A stretch of DNA of 64,000 bases from IMG/VR virus record IMGVR_UViG_3300020388_000009; one strand, written 5' to 3'. A program made the position numbers and the translations under genes. The notes under the pieces were generated by a model that made no database searches, was not told where the DNA came from, and worked only from the letters and a program-made list of their open reading frames with translations. The stretch comes from a virus. Taxonomy: Duplodnaviria > Caudoviricetes. Below, piece by piece: positions 49,413 through 59,078 of the stretch (position 1 is its first letter; each line of letters begins with the position of its first letter).

Positions 49413-49773
49413 TATTTTCCTTATTATCTGCTTGCAATTTTTTAACTTCAGATTCTGCTTCTTCTAATAATTGTCGACGTTCTTCATCGGATAAACCAAA
49501 CTCACTATCATCGGATTCTTTATTTGTAGCAGATATTAAACGTTGTACAACTGCGGCTAATTTTACTAAGGCATCATCGTTTTTAACAGATACTTCTAGA
49601 TAATCTTTTATCATGGGAACTAATACAGAGGCATCACCAGTATTTTTAATTAATGGTTGTAGTTCTTTTATCAATCCATCGATCTGTCTAGACTTCTTTT
49701 TTGAATTATGATAAATATCACGCATCAAATCAGAAAAATTTGTTCCATTAAATAATTCAAATTCTGTACTCAT
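49363..49773 (-). CDS. Hypothetical helical protein
   Basis: 136 aa; late promoter at 49788-49795. Confidence 0.6.
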   Translation of the reverse strand: MSTEFELFNGTNFSDLMRDIYHNSKKKSRQIDGLIKELQPLIKNTGDASVLVPMIKDYLEVSVKNDDALVKLAAVVQRLISATNKESDDSEFGLSDEERRQLLEEAESEVKKLQADNKENNAEQYKSTDRSSSTDR

Positions 49774-49794
49774 GATAATCCTTTTATATAAATA

Positions 49795-50583
49795 TCAAAG
49801 ATTTGTTGAATCGACTATATGACCTGATTTACGATAAACAGTATACATTTTCATATAATCTCGTTTCATTACATTGAGTACTTTTGTAATATTTTGTGTT
49901 TTTAATCCGGTACGTTCTCTAATTAGAATATATAATGCCTTTTTATTAAAGTTTTCTATATTCTCTCGTATTCTAAATAATTCAAGTATTGTATCGGCTA
50001 CAATGATATCACGTTTATTAACAAATATTGTATTAATATGAGTATCATACCAATTGACCCATAAATCGGTAAAATCTCGTAACGATTCTTGATGATCATT
50101 TAATGATACCTCTGCACTAATATTTCTATTAGCATCTATCTCAGATGGTTCACTACGTAATTTTAATTTTGCATAATTTGCATTATTTTGTATAATAAGA
50201 TAATTTTTAGCAACAATAGAAAAATAAGAAAAAGCTTTTCCTTTCCCTTCTTGATACTTTCCTATTTTTTCTGTTAAAAATGCTACTACTTCTGCTTTAA
50301 CATCTTCATAAGGTACATCAAAATACGAAAATCTAAATGTATGATAAATATTTTCTACTAATTTATTAAAAGGATAATTAATATGCTCACGAAATACTTT
50401 ATTACGTTTAGCATAACTAGATTCTTTATTATATGCAATAATCGCTTGATCTGTCATGTATGTGAAATACATATTTTTTGTAGGTTTTCTACCACGACGT
50501 TTTTTTGGACCATTCGATTCTATATCTGATAATTCTTTTTCTAACCATTCATAAAATTTATCAACTGGGCTAAGTGTTTCCAT
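49795..50583 (-). CDS. gp55: Late-transcription sigma factor (T4 gp55-like)
   Basis: N-terminal YF, F.Y, sigma region 2-like KGKAFSYFSIVAKNYL. Confidence 0.75.
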   Translation of the reverse strand: METLSPVDKFYEWLEKELSDIESNGPKKRRGRKPTKNMYFTYMTDQAIIAYNKESSYAKRNKVFREHINYPFNKLVENIYHTFRFSYFDVPYEDVKAEVVAFLTEKIGKYQEGKGKAFSYFSIVAKNYLIIQNNANYAKLKLRSEPSEIDANRNISAEVSLNDHQESLRDFTDLWVNWYDTHINTIFVNKRDIIVADTILELFRIRENIENFNKKALYILIRERTGLKTQNITKVLNVMKRDYMKMYTVYRKSGHIVDSTNL

Positions 50584-50867
50584 TAAAATCCTTTATTGAG
50601 GTTTTCAATTATATCACGCAATTCATCAAATATAAATCCGGTTTCATCATCTGATTCAAAAGATCCTAATCGGTCAATTTGTTTTAATTTTGAATTAGAT
50701 TCGTTCATTCGCGACTTTAAAGTTGTAAAAAATTGATAATATTCTGTATTTGAATTTTCTAATTCTTCAATATATGATTCGTTAGCTTCTTGTTTACGTA
50801 TTTGATTAAAATTTACAAATACCGAAATTAGTAATAGTACTGATAATATTATAATTGTTGTTATCAT
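50583..50867 (-). CDS. Membrane-anchored coiled-coil protein
   Basis: Start MITTIIILSVLLL with GGAG upstream; N-terminal TM. Confidence 0.55.
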   Translation of the reverse strand: MITTIIILSVLLLISVFVNFNQIRKQEANESYIEELENSNTEYYQFFTTLKSRMNESNSKLKQIDRLGSFESDDETGFIFDELRDIIENLNKGF

Positions 50868-50868
50868 A

Positions 50869-51612
50869 TTAATCTCCAAATAAATCGTTAAACATTTTAT
50901 TAGCATTGATTTGTGTTTGCGGATTTGTTATTTTCTTTTTAGGTGTATTAGTAGTAATAGGTTTATTATTATTCCAACGCTCATACTCTATCCTCGCTGC
51001 CATACAATCAGCTTGGTGCATTACATACCCTAAATTAGTTTTTAATTTAGCATCTGCGGATCTAGAAATAAAATATGGTTTATTGGAATCATCATATAAT
51101 CCATCTGTTAATTTAATACCTAACATTTCATTCCATGATATTTCTATTCCATAATGTTGTAATAACCAAATAGATAAGTCATTTACTAATGTAAATGGAT
51201 TATTAGGATTAATTTTATATTCTTTGCCTTGATTCTTTCTATGCCATTCAGAGTCATTCCATTGATAAACTTCGTTACCATCTCCTGGAAATCCCATTTT
51301 ACCAATATCATGATTTAATGCAGTAAAAATAAGTTCTTCGCGCGTATAACCAGACATATCAGCTTCCATATCCGTCCATAAGTCATATACCTTTTTAGCA
51401 CATTTTATTACACGTAAAACATGTTCAACATAACCGCCAGCAAAGGCATTATGAAAATGGCTATAAGAAGAAGCTGGAGCCATAGCCATGCGGTCTTCTA
51501 AATCAGTATACATTGCTAATAATTTATCTTTACGAGTTCCTGTAAATTCTGTTTTTATGACGTTTAATAATTCGTCCCAATTCTGTGCTATTTGATCGGC
51601 TGTTAATTTCAT
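50869..51612 (-). CDS. HD-domain phosphohydrolase (YhaM-like)
   Basis: APAS...HNAF.GGYVEH, HDIGK, HQAD. Confidence 0.85.
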   Translation of the reverse strand: MKLTADQIAQNWDELLNVIKTEFTGTRKDKLLAMYTDLEDRMAMAPASSYSHFHNAFAGGYVEHVLRVIKCAKKVYDLWTDMEADMSGYTREELIFTALNHDIGKMGFPGDGNEVYQWNDSEWHRKNQGKEYKINPNNPFTLVNDLSIWLLQHYGIEISWNEMLGIKLTDGLYDDSNKPYFISRSADAKLKTNLGYVMHQADCMAARIEYERWNNNKPITTNTPKKKITNPQTQINANKMFNDLFGD

Positions 51613-52220
51613 ATTATTGTATCAATTACGTTATATTCTTTTAATTGTTCCGCGGTTAAGTATAAATCTGATTTCATATTATCTTTCCACCAAGCTTGGT
51701 CTTTATTAGTTTTTTCTGCTAATATATCATATATAGTCTTTTCTATATTCTTTACGTTATCTAAGTATGCAGATATATCACTCATTTTACCTCCTAAGAA
51801 ACTAGATGATTGATGAAACATAACTGTTGAACGTTTACTCATCATTCTTGTACCAGTACCACATGATAAAATAATAGCCGCCGCGGAAAAGGCTCTACCT
51901 CTACAAATTGTATTCACTTTAACATCTAATGATTCAATATAATCAATAATACCTAACATTTCATGAACATCACCACCTGGAGAATTGATCATTAAATTAA
52001 CAGGTGCTGTTTTATCTTCACGATTTTGCAATAAACTACGCATACGTATAATAAGATCTGTTAATGTAGTATCAGTTATTTCATCATTAAGAAATATTAT
52101 TGAATCATTATAATCAACTAATGTAGCTAATTGATTATGTAAGGCCTCATACAATGAGCCATTTTCTTTTTCATCTTCTTGCTCCACCGGCTGCGTAGCA
52201 TTTTCATCGTATATACTCAT
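51609..52220 (-). CDS. clpP: ClpP-family protease
   Basis: INSPGG, G.A.SAA (Ser), MFHQ (His), D.YL.A (Asp). Confidence 0.9.
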   Translation of the reverse strand: MSIYDENATQPVEQEDEKENGSLYEALHNQLATLVDYNDSIIFLNDEITDTTLTDLIIRMRSLLQNREDKTAPVNLMINSPGGDVHEMLGIIDYIESLDVKVNTICRGRAFSAAAIILSCGTGTRMMSKRSTVMFHQSSSFLGGKMSDISAYLDNVKNIEKTIYDILAEKTNKDQAWWKDNMKSDLYLTAEQLKEYNVIDTII

Positions 52221-52242
52221 CTATTACCTTTTATTAATTTAT

Positions 52243-52273
52243 TAAATATAAAGAATTTTTTTCGTAGATCAAA
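52243..52273 (-). promoter_or_regulatory. Bacteroidota-type promoter TTTG-N19-TATATTTA (clpP-HD-gp55 operon)
   Basis: Consensus match. Confidence 0.6.
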
Positions 52274-52276
52274 AGA

Positions 52277-52810
52277 TTATCTAATCTTTTTCAATTGGCG
52301 TTCTAATTTTTTCAATTGTGATTGCCCCGATTTAATATCCTTTTTAAACCGTGCCTTCTTTACATCACCTCTAACCAATGCCATTTGTTCTAAAATAGCC
52401 TGTCTTAAATTAGCCTTTTCACCTTTTGACATTTTACGTTTAGATTGTTTAGGTTCAATTTTAGTAGCAGCTTTAGTACCTTTTAATTTTTTCTGCTCTA
52501 CACCTTTATGAAATACGTTGCCATCTTTATCAACAAACTCTTTCATAAATTGCCAACCACGCGGTCTTCCTTTTGAGACATAACCTTTTCTCATTTCTGG
52601 CGGTGGTACAGTTTTACCAGTACATTTAGAACATAGCACTGCCGTTGTATTTTCAGTAACCTTAACCCATTGTTTACATCGATTAAGAGATTTCAAATGT
52701 TCCCATGCAAAATAAGATTCATCTGCAATACTATTTCTGCAAATCATTTCTCGTTGATTATCTCGAGTGCGAGATTTAAATTTGTGTGTAACTTTTTTCT
52801 TTCTAGCCAT
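52277..52810 (-). CDS. Hypothetical basic Cys-containing protein
   Basis: 177 aa. Confidence 0.6.
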   Translation of the reverse strand: MARKKKVTHKFKSRTRDNQREMICRNSIADESYFAWEHLKSLNRCKQWVKVTENTTAVLCSKCTGKTVPPPEMRKGYVSKGRPRGWQFMKEFVDKDGNVFHKGVEQKKLKGTKAATKIEPKQSKRKMSKGEKANLRQAILEQMALVRGDVKKARFKKDIKSGQSQLKKLERQLKKIR

Positions 52811-52824
52811 AATTTATTTATTTA

Positions 52825-53904
52825 TTAATACCAATAACCATTGCCCCGATTTGGGCCTTTCTTATCTTTTTCATCGTATATATCTTCCTTGTAATGTAAT
52901 CCATCATTACCATTCTGTCCAATAACATCCATACGCTTTTCATCTTGATCTGTAATTTGTATATTTTTATCCTTTTCTAATTCATCTTCCCAATGTTTTA
53001 ATTCATCAACATCTGCTGGATCGAAATGATTGTTATCTTTTAAAGAATATGATACACCCCATTCTGCACCTTCTGGCAGACTACCTTCTACTCTACGTTC
53101 TAATTCACGGTTACGTGTTTTAAAATAATCTTCTTTTTTACTTTTAACAGTTATTTGAGAAAATGCAAAGTTTGCAGCTACAACCATTGAGATTGCTAAT
53201 GGATCAAATACAAAAATAATTAACAATAAAAACCAGTTAATAATTTTATCCATTTCCACATCTAATAAATTTGATAAATATTTTAAAGGTCCTAACTCAC
53301 GTGCAGTATCATTTCCTATTTGTTGTTCTAATATTTCTACATCTAATTTTGCTATGGAATCTGTAACCGCATTAAAATTAGTTTTTGCTTCCTGTAATTG
53401 TGATTGTAATAATTTGCGTTGACGTGAAGATGTTGTAGTTACTAGTTGACCAGTTTCTTTATCTACATATTGTATTGTAATAGGATTACTTAATGCCTCT
53501 GACCAAGTTATCACAGATTCTTTTAAATCATTTCGTTGTTCTTCAAATCTTGTTCTTTTTTGATCGATTATAGCTATGCGTTTATCTAAAAATTCTGATT
53601 CATTTGCTGTTTCTTGGTACGCCCCAGAAAGGTATCCATATATACCGCCAGATGTTATAACCATTAATATGAATACGGATATAGAAAGATATATTCGTAA
53701 TACTTTATTTATACTATTCCAATATTGATATAATAAAGACGCTACTACTAGTTTTGCAAATTCTAAAGAACTAGCCATTATAATTACTTGTATACTAGCT
53801 CCTGCGAATAATTTACTTAATCCAAATACTGAATAAAATGCTGCAGAGGCAGATACTGCTAGAGCAGATAATGCTATAACAATTGGAAGTAATTTACGTT
53901 TCAT
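52825..53904 (-). CDS. Membrane protein with TM helices and coiled coil (DUF4407-like)
   Basis: 3 N-terminal TMs, coiled coil, ELGPLKY, TM with FVFDPLA. Confidence 0.6.
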   Translation of the reverse strand: MKRKLLPIVIALSALAVSASAAFYSVFGLSKLFAGASIQVIIMASSLEFAKLVVASLLYQYWNSINKVLRIYLSISVFILMVITSGGIYGYLSGAYQETANESEFLDKRIAIIDQKRTRFEEQRNDLKESVITWSEALSNPITIQYVDKETGQLVTTTSSRQRKLLQSQLQEAKTNFNAVTDSIAKLDVEILEQQIGNDTARELGPLKYLSNLLDVEMDKIINWFLLLIIFVFDPLAISMVVAANFAFSQITVKSKKEDYFKTRNRELERRVEGSLPEGAEWGVSYSLKDNNHFDPADVDELKHWEDELEKDKNIQITDQDEKRMDVIGQNGNDGLHYKEDIYDEKDKKGPNRGNGYWY

Positions 53905-53906
53905 AT

Positions 53907-54080
53907 TTAACTTGCGGTTACGCGGTCAGTCACAAACTTTAATTTTTGACGGATAGTACGAAATCGATTTCTAGCTTCTAACGGATCAATAGGATTGCCA
54001 TTCTTTACTGCTTGATCAATAATCATGACCATGTTATCAGTTTCGTCTAGTATTCTTAATACATTTTCTCTATCTTTCAT
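53907..54080 (-). CDS. Small hypothetical protein (57 aa)
   Basis: Hand-translated MKDRENVLRILDE...; AAGG upstream and ATATTTAT at 54104-54111. Confidence 0.55.
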   Translation of the reverse strand: MKDRENVLRILDETDNMVMIIDQAVKNGNPIDPLEARNRFRTIRQKLKFVTDRVTAS

Positions 54081-55123
54081 AGTAAAACCTTTTTATTATA
54101 TTGATAAATATCGCGATAACGTAAAACTGCCAATTCTTTGGCTTTAGCTTCTACTACAATATCTAAATCCATATCATAAGTACGTATCTCATCTTTGATA
54201 TAATTGGAATGAGCTTGCATACGTATCTTATCTATGTCATGTTTCATTTTAGCAAACGTTGGCCATTCGCTAACTTCGTTAAGTGGAATATTCTGCTTAG
54301 CCATTTTAGCTTCAAACTTACGTTGGAACTCATGTCTACGACATTCGCTATAATGAGTACATTGTCTAACATCATCTGGCCATGTACTAGCAGCCATCTG
54401 TAATGCTTCGTATTCGCTAAGGCCAGCCGGATGGAACATATGATGATGATAATCAAATGTAATAGGTATGCCAGTCTCGCGATGGAACAGGTCATACAAT
54501 TGACGCACGCTATACATGGAAGGCTTATCATCATTCTCAACAACTAAACGAGCTCTACATGCTTCAGATAATCGATAATAGTTTTTGATCCATCTGGTTG
54601 CAGTAGTCTCGTGGTCACCATAAGCGCCGCCAATATGAATATTGATCTTGTTCTCATGAGATGGTGTATAGCCCATAAGGTCCCATAGTTCGGAATGTCG
54701 CTCAAGACCGATAATAGTCTTATCAACAACATGCTCATGCGGAGAACCTAACACATGAAATGGACCTGGATGTGTAGTTAATCGATGACCATGCTCTCGA
54801 GCATAGTTACCACATTCTAACAACTTAGCTGCTAACTCATCATACTGAGGAAGTTCATGTAATTCGAATTGATCATGCCATGGCACTAATTCAGAACCTA
54901 CACGAAATAATTTGATGTTATGGTCTTCGTTCCATTTCAGATAATGTAACAAGTCAGTAGCGTTTAGTAATGCACGCTCACCTAACAATGACAAGTCACG
55001 CGTTGGATACCAGCTAGCTTTTCTAGCCGTACGAGAAGTTGTAACTCTACCACCTAACTTTTTTGGCCTCTCGGTTAACGTCATGTTAACACAGGCATAA
55101 CCTAGTCTTACGTTTTCATTCAT
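54077..55123 (-). CDS. uvsE: UV damage endonuclease UvsE/UvdE
   Basis: RLGYAC, FRV.S, HPG, IH.GG, VENDD, FDYHH, HYS, AHS, EAK.KE. Confidence 0.92.
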   Translation of the reverse strand: MNENVRLGYACVNMTLTERPKKLGGRVTTSRTARKASWYPTRDLSLLGERALLNATDLLHYLKWNEDHNIKLFRVGSELVPWHDQFELHELPQYDELAAKLLECGNYAREHGHRLTTHPGPFHVLGSPHEHVVDKTIIGLERHSELWDLMGYTPSHENKINIHIGGAYGDHETTATRWIKNYYRLSEACRARLVVENDDKPSMYSVRQLYDLFHRETGIPITFDYHHHMFHPAGLSEYEALQMAASTWPDDVRQCTHYSECRRHEFQRKFEAKMAKQNIPLNEVSEWPTFAKMKHDIDKIRMQAHSNYIKDEIRTYDMDLDIVVEAKAKELAVLRYRDIYQYNKKVLL

Positions 55124-55127
55124 ATTT

Positions 55128-55159
55128 TAAATATAAGAAAAATTTTACAAATAAACAAA
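55128..55159 (-). promoter_or_regulatory. Bacteroidota-type promoter TTTG-N20-TATATTTA, near-leaderless uvsE
   Basis: Consensus match 4 nt before the ATG. Confidence 0.6.
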
Positions 55160-55166
55160 TAATTGA

Positions 55167-56462
55167 TTAGCAATTTCTTCCATTTTCAAAGACATGCTTA
55201 ACGGTTGGGAATCGTAATGAAAGGCCTCCTTGCTGATTCTTAGTCTCTTCAAAGTACTGAACGGTAATTGTTTTACCAATTAACTCGCTAGGATTTTTCT
55301 GGTAACGGATTCGTTGTTCTTGGTTCCATCCAGAACCAACTGCTACTTTATAACCTTTATGCTCAATCCATACCTGAGCTAACATTGGCATTACAACTTC
55401 TTTACCTTCTCGGATAACACGGTGGTCTTCAAAATCTAAATCTACAACTTGATATTCTGCATCATGAAACTTTTTAACTTTCAATAAGTTTTGAGTTCTC
55501 TTACCTTCATAGCCAACATTCTTTCTTACCATAAGACCTTCATGTCCTAACTTTTCTGCTTCTGCACTTAATTTAGCAAAATGATCATCATCGTTAACTA
55601 CTACCTGATTTAATACACTTAAATATATAGAACTTTCTATATATGATGTAATCTTAGCAAATCTACCTAATCTACCGGTTAACGGCATTTCACTTGACTT
55701 GTTATCAAATTCTGATAAGGTTAAATAATCAAACATCACATATCGAGGATTGTCAATAGTATGATTTTTTCTTTTGATTTGTTTCATGATACCTGGAAAA
55801 TCTTCATTACCATCTTTGTCCATTAAACAAATTTCTCCATCAAATACAACACCACGAAGTCCCATTTGTTTAACGGCTTCTCGTACCACATTCAATGTTT
55901 CAAACTCATTACCTTGACGTGAATAACATTTAACATTACCTTGTATATCGACAATTGTAATACATCGTACGCCATCTAACTTACGAGATGCTAACCATAC
56001 ATCGTTCCAATCAGCTCGTTTAGGATCAAACTTATTAGCTAAGACAACATCAAAGGTTGGAATCAATCCAGGAATAACTTTGTTAATAACTGATGCAGAT
56101 GCACGAAGTTCCAAATTACGATCAATAATTGAAAAAATTAGATCTTCAAATTGCTCATCTTGTTCTTTAATAAACCCATTTACTAATCCAATTGCATCAT
56201 GTCCGGTATAATACCTACTATTCAAATCATCTAATATACAGAACAGATCAGCAAAGACTGGAAGTTCATATAAATCGGATCTTTTCTTACAAGTCGCAGA
56301 AGTAACATAGTACTTCTTATAGGGGTCATAGGCGTATTTTAAGGCCCGTTTAATGAACTCATCGTTCTTAATAGTACCAATAATAACCTTTTTCTCATTA
56401 AGAGAAGAAGTAGCCTTCATTTGGTTAACAAAATCTAATAATCGTTTTAAATCTTTATTCAT
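55167..56462 (-). CDS. ATP-dependent DNA ligase
   Basis: KLDGVR, SRQG, FDGE, FD, EGLM, LLKVK, RFP. Confidence 0.95.
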   Translation of the reverse strand: MNKDLKRLLDFVNQMKATSSLNEKKVIIGTIKNDEFIKRALKYAYDPYKKYYVTSATCKKRSDLYELPVFADLFCILDDLNSRYYTGHDAIGLVNGFIKEQDEQFEDLIFSIIDRNLELRASASVINKVIPGLIPTFDVVLANKFDPKRADWNDVWLASRKLDGVRCITIVDIQGNVKCYSRQGNEFETLNVVREAVKQMGLRGVVFDGEICLMDKDGNEDFPGIMKQIKRKNHTIDNPRYVMFDYLTLSEFDNKSSEMPLTGRLGRFAKITSYIESSIYLSVLNQVVVNDDDHFAKLSAEAEKLGHEGLMVRKNVGYEGKRTQNLLKVKKFHDAEYQVVDLDFEDHRVIREGKEVVMPMLAQVWIEHKGYKVAVGSGWNQEQRIRYQKNPSELIGKTITVQYFEETKNQQGGLSLRFPTVKHVFENGRNC

Positions 56463-56465
56463 ATC

Positions 56466-56762
56466 TTAGTATTTATCTATAATTCTATAACTCACTTTTC
56501 TACCACAATCTTCATCCCAATCATCCATCCAAAGTTCCATTTTAAGAAATCTTTCTTGAAGTACTTCATGAATTTGTTCTAATTGCTCTTCGGTTAACAT
56601 TCTCCAATAACCAAATCTTAATTCTACAAATGAAACTACATTTTCATACTTTTCATTATTAAAGGTATCCAATTCTTTTGTAACATTATCGGCGCAAATT
56701 TCTACTTCGCATTCCGCAATCTCTTGAATCTTTAATAATCGGTTTAAATTTAATCTTTCCAT
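56466..56762 (-). CDS. Hypothetical protein
   Basis: 98 aa, first gene after an early promoter. Confidence 0.6.
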   Translation of the reverse strand: MERLNLNRLLKIQEIAECEVEICADNVTKELDTFNNEKYENVVSFVELRFGYWRMLTEEQLEQIHEVLQERFLKMELWMDDWDEDCGRKVSYRIIDKY

Positions 56763-56791
56763 ATCTTTATTTTAATTAATTATCTACTATA

Positions 56792-56851
56792 TAAAAATAA
56801 GGAATAGTTCTCACGCTACCAAATCTTTTGGCAGCTTTTTTTAAAAAAGTT
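56792..56851 (-). promoter_or_regulatory. Bacteroidota-type early promoter TTTG-N20-TATTTTTA
   Basis: AAAAGATTTGGTAG conserved block; duplicate of 8903-8945. Confidence 0.75.
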
Positions 56852-56852
56852 T

Positions 56853-56880
56853 CTTAATGTAAACTTAATGTTTACTTAAT
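56853..56880. repeat. Three CTTAAT direct repeats with 11-bp period (OmpR/PhoB-type box candidate)
   Basis: CTTAATGTAAA CTTAATGTTTA CTTAAT at 56853, 56864, 56875. Confidence 0.55.
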
Positions 56881-56912
56881 ATGTTTTAGAGAAAATGTTG
56901 TTATATTATAAT

Positions 56913-56990
56913 ATGAAAAGAAAAGTAGAAATATCAAAAGGATTATACGTGCTAGTTATGATGGCTGCGTACTTCCTGAGTTTTGTGTAA
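56913..56990 (+). CDS. Possible 25-aa membrane peptide MKRKVEISKGLYVLVMMAAYFLSFV
   Basis: Basic N-terminus plus hydrophobic tail; TATATTAT -7-like element 3 nt upstream. Confidence 0.3.
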   Translation: MKRKVEISKGLYVLVMMAAYFLSFV

Positions 56991-57195
56991 GTACCGGAAC
57001 TTCTTCCGGTTCAATTATTGTGGCGTCTTGTATTATTTCACAGCAATAGAATATGCCATTCTTACGTAATATTATATCTGTACCAAGCCACTTATTTAAT
57101 ACATCAACATTAAATTGAGGCTTTAATTGATACTCTTTAAAGGTACGTTTGATTAAAAGTTTTTGATCACCATGATCGATAAATTGGTAGGACAT
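56956..57195 (-). CDS. Hypothetical protein
   Basis: 79 aa. Confidence 0.6.
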   Translation of the reverse strand: MSYQFIDHGDQKLLIKRTFKEYQLKPQFNVDVLNKWLGTDIILRKNGIFYCCEIIQDATIIEPEEVPVLTQNSGSTQPS

Positions 57196-57201
57196 TTGTA
57201 A

Positions 57202-57612
57202 TTAACTTAAAGAAATTGGATTGCACCGGCCTTCCACTTTGAAAGCTTTAAAATACCGGTACATATCCATTTCTGATTTTTTTGTATCTAATGGCATTAG
57301 TATAACGCCATCCATAAATAGTTTTAAAACAAAGGCTCGTATTGTTTTAGGACTATCCGAATTTAATTGAACTTCATTTTCAAGAGTAGTAACACATAAT
57401 CTATAATCACCTGACATAAAGTCTTGTGATGATACTACTGGCATTTTAGGTGTCGATTCAAACTCACTTGACAATCGTTCGATTTGTTTTAACATGGCAG
57501 CCTCAGCACCAAACTCCAACGCATCAGATAAAAATTCAATTTTATGAGTTGCATTAATGTTTATGAAAATATCAAATGTATCTTCATCAATATTTAGTTC
57601 TGAAAATGTCAT
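57202..57612 (-). CDS. Hypothetical protein
   Basis: 136 aa. Confidence 0.6.
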   Translation of the reverse strand: MTFSELNIDEDTFDIFININATHKIEFLSDALEFGAEAAMLKQIERLSSEFESTPKMPVVSSQDFMSGDYRLCVTTLENEVQLNSDSPKTIRAFVLKLFMDGVILMPLDTKKSEMDMYRYFKAFKVEGRCNPISLS

Positions 57613-57614
57613 AT

Positions 57615-57818
57615 CTATCCAAGTAATAATCCTTTATTAGGATTTGATTTTGATTCTTTCATGAGATCGACTTGATAAAGATTATCAAATTGTTCTGCAT
57701 TTAATCGTTTAATACCCATAAAATAAGCTCTTGCTTCTGCCTTCGAAGTTTGTTCTGTTGACATAACATAAGATCTATTTTCATTTGAATATCGTGTATA
57801 CAATGCCCATTTTGTCAT
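57615..57818 (-). CDS. Hypothetical protein
   Basis: 67 aa; ATATTTAT at 57835-57842. Confidence 0.6.
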   Translation of the reverse strand: MTKWALYTRYSNENRSYVMSTEQTSKAEARAYFMGIKRLNAEQFDNLYQVDLMKESKSNPNKGLLLG

Positions 57819-57848
57819 ACCTTACCTCTTTTAAATAAATATCAAATT

Positions 57849-58118
57849 TTACTTATTCATAAGACCTAATCGATACTTAGATTCTACGGTTCGTTTTGCT
57901 TCTTGCAACGTTGTCATCATTGCATCAATTTCTTGATATGTTACTTTAAATGATTTGCCACCAATTTCTAATTCACCAACAATTGGTTTCTCTGGAACTG
58001 CTTTAAATAAATCCGCAGAGATTTTATCATTTACATTGAAATCAATTGTACTATACAATTTTCCCATTCTTTGACTGCGTTTCTTATCATACGCAAATGC
58101 ATTGTTTACTCTTCCCAT
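57849..58118 (-). CDS. Hypothetical protein
   Basis: 89 aa. Confidence 0.6.
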   Translation of the reverse strand: MGRVNNAFAYDKKRSQRMGKLYSTIDFNVNDKISADLFKAVPEKPIVGELEIGGKSFKVTYQEIDAMMTTLQEAKRTVESKYRLGLMNK

Positions 58119-58131
58119 GATCTGGTTCTTT

Positions 58132-58815
58132 TTATTTATAAATTATTAATGTATATTCGTTATCTGAAAAAGAATGGTCTATTGCCACTCCTCCTAAAGT
58201 ATCCTGTGCCCAAACTAAAACATCGCCAGGATTATGTACTGTGCTATCTAGTAATATAACAATACCGTTATTTGCATGATCATACATTGATTGGATTGTA
58301 TCTTTAAGATATTGGTTATCTGATAATTTTAAATTTGCATCATATCGTAAATTATTAGATTTAATATTAATACACCAATCCATTTTTAAATTTTTATCAA
58401 GCTTGAACCAATCTTCACATCTTATATCAACTGTATTTTCATATACTTTCAATCCAGCATTAATCAAGTTTTGATTCATATCAATACCAATATAATCTAA
58501 ATCAAATTTATAATCATTTGCATAAAATATTTTAAAATCTCCGCGCGCGCAACCAAAATCTAATACACTATCACCTTCCGGAATATGAGATACTACATTC
58601 CTATATAAATCCCATTGCATTTCACGATTACCAAATCCTACGGCTTCTGCAGAATATTCTAAATATTCTGGATCTGTATCTAATGGAGTTAATTCTTCCG
58701 TAGGTTGCCAATCATCTGGTAACACTCCTTGTTTTTCATCTGGCCATTCTTTACCTCGAGGTATTACTTTATCTACCATGAATATTTCTTTTAATTTATT
58801 TAACACGTCTACCAT
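58132..58815 (-). CDS. Class I SAM-dependent methyltransferase
   Basis: SVLDFGCARGD motif I, YIGID motif II. Confidence 0.8.
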   Translation of the reverse strand: MVDVLNKLKEIFMVDKVIPRGKEWPDEKQGVLPDDWQPTEELTPLDTDPEYLEYSAEAVGFGNREMQWDLYRNVVSHIPEGDSVLDFGCARGDFKIFYANDYKFDLDYIGIDMNQNLINAGLKVYENTVDIRCEDWFKLDKNLKMDWCINIKSNNLRYDANLKLSDNQYLKDTIQSMYDHANNGIVILLDSTVHNPGDVLVWAQDTLGGVAIDHSFSDNEYTLIIYK

Positions 58816-59077
58816 TCCGTTTACGTCGATTAATTCTAGCTAACTTATTTTCAACATCACTAAGATCCATCCTCGAGGGATGGGCCCGATTAAAATTTTG
58901 AGCCATTTTACATGCCAATGCCGCATATTCCCATGCCGTATCTTCACATGTGGTATCTGGCATATAAAATTCTTTAGCTAAATACCGATCATTATTAATA
59001 ATACGCAATCCAGTTGCAGATGATTCTACATATGCATTTGGAAATTGTTTAAGTACTTTTTTTTGAAATTTATTCAT
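58796..59077 (-). CDS. Hypothetical protein
   Basis: 93 aa. Confidence 0.6.
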   Translation of the reverse strand: MNKFQKKVLKQFPNAYVESSATGLRIINNDRYLAKEFYMPDTTCEDTAWEYAALACKMAQNFNRAHPSRMDLSDVENKLARINRRKRNGRRVK

Positions 59078-59078
59078 A

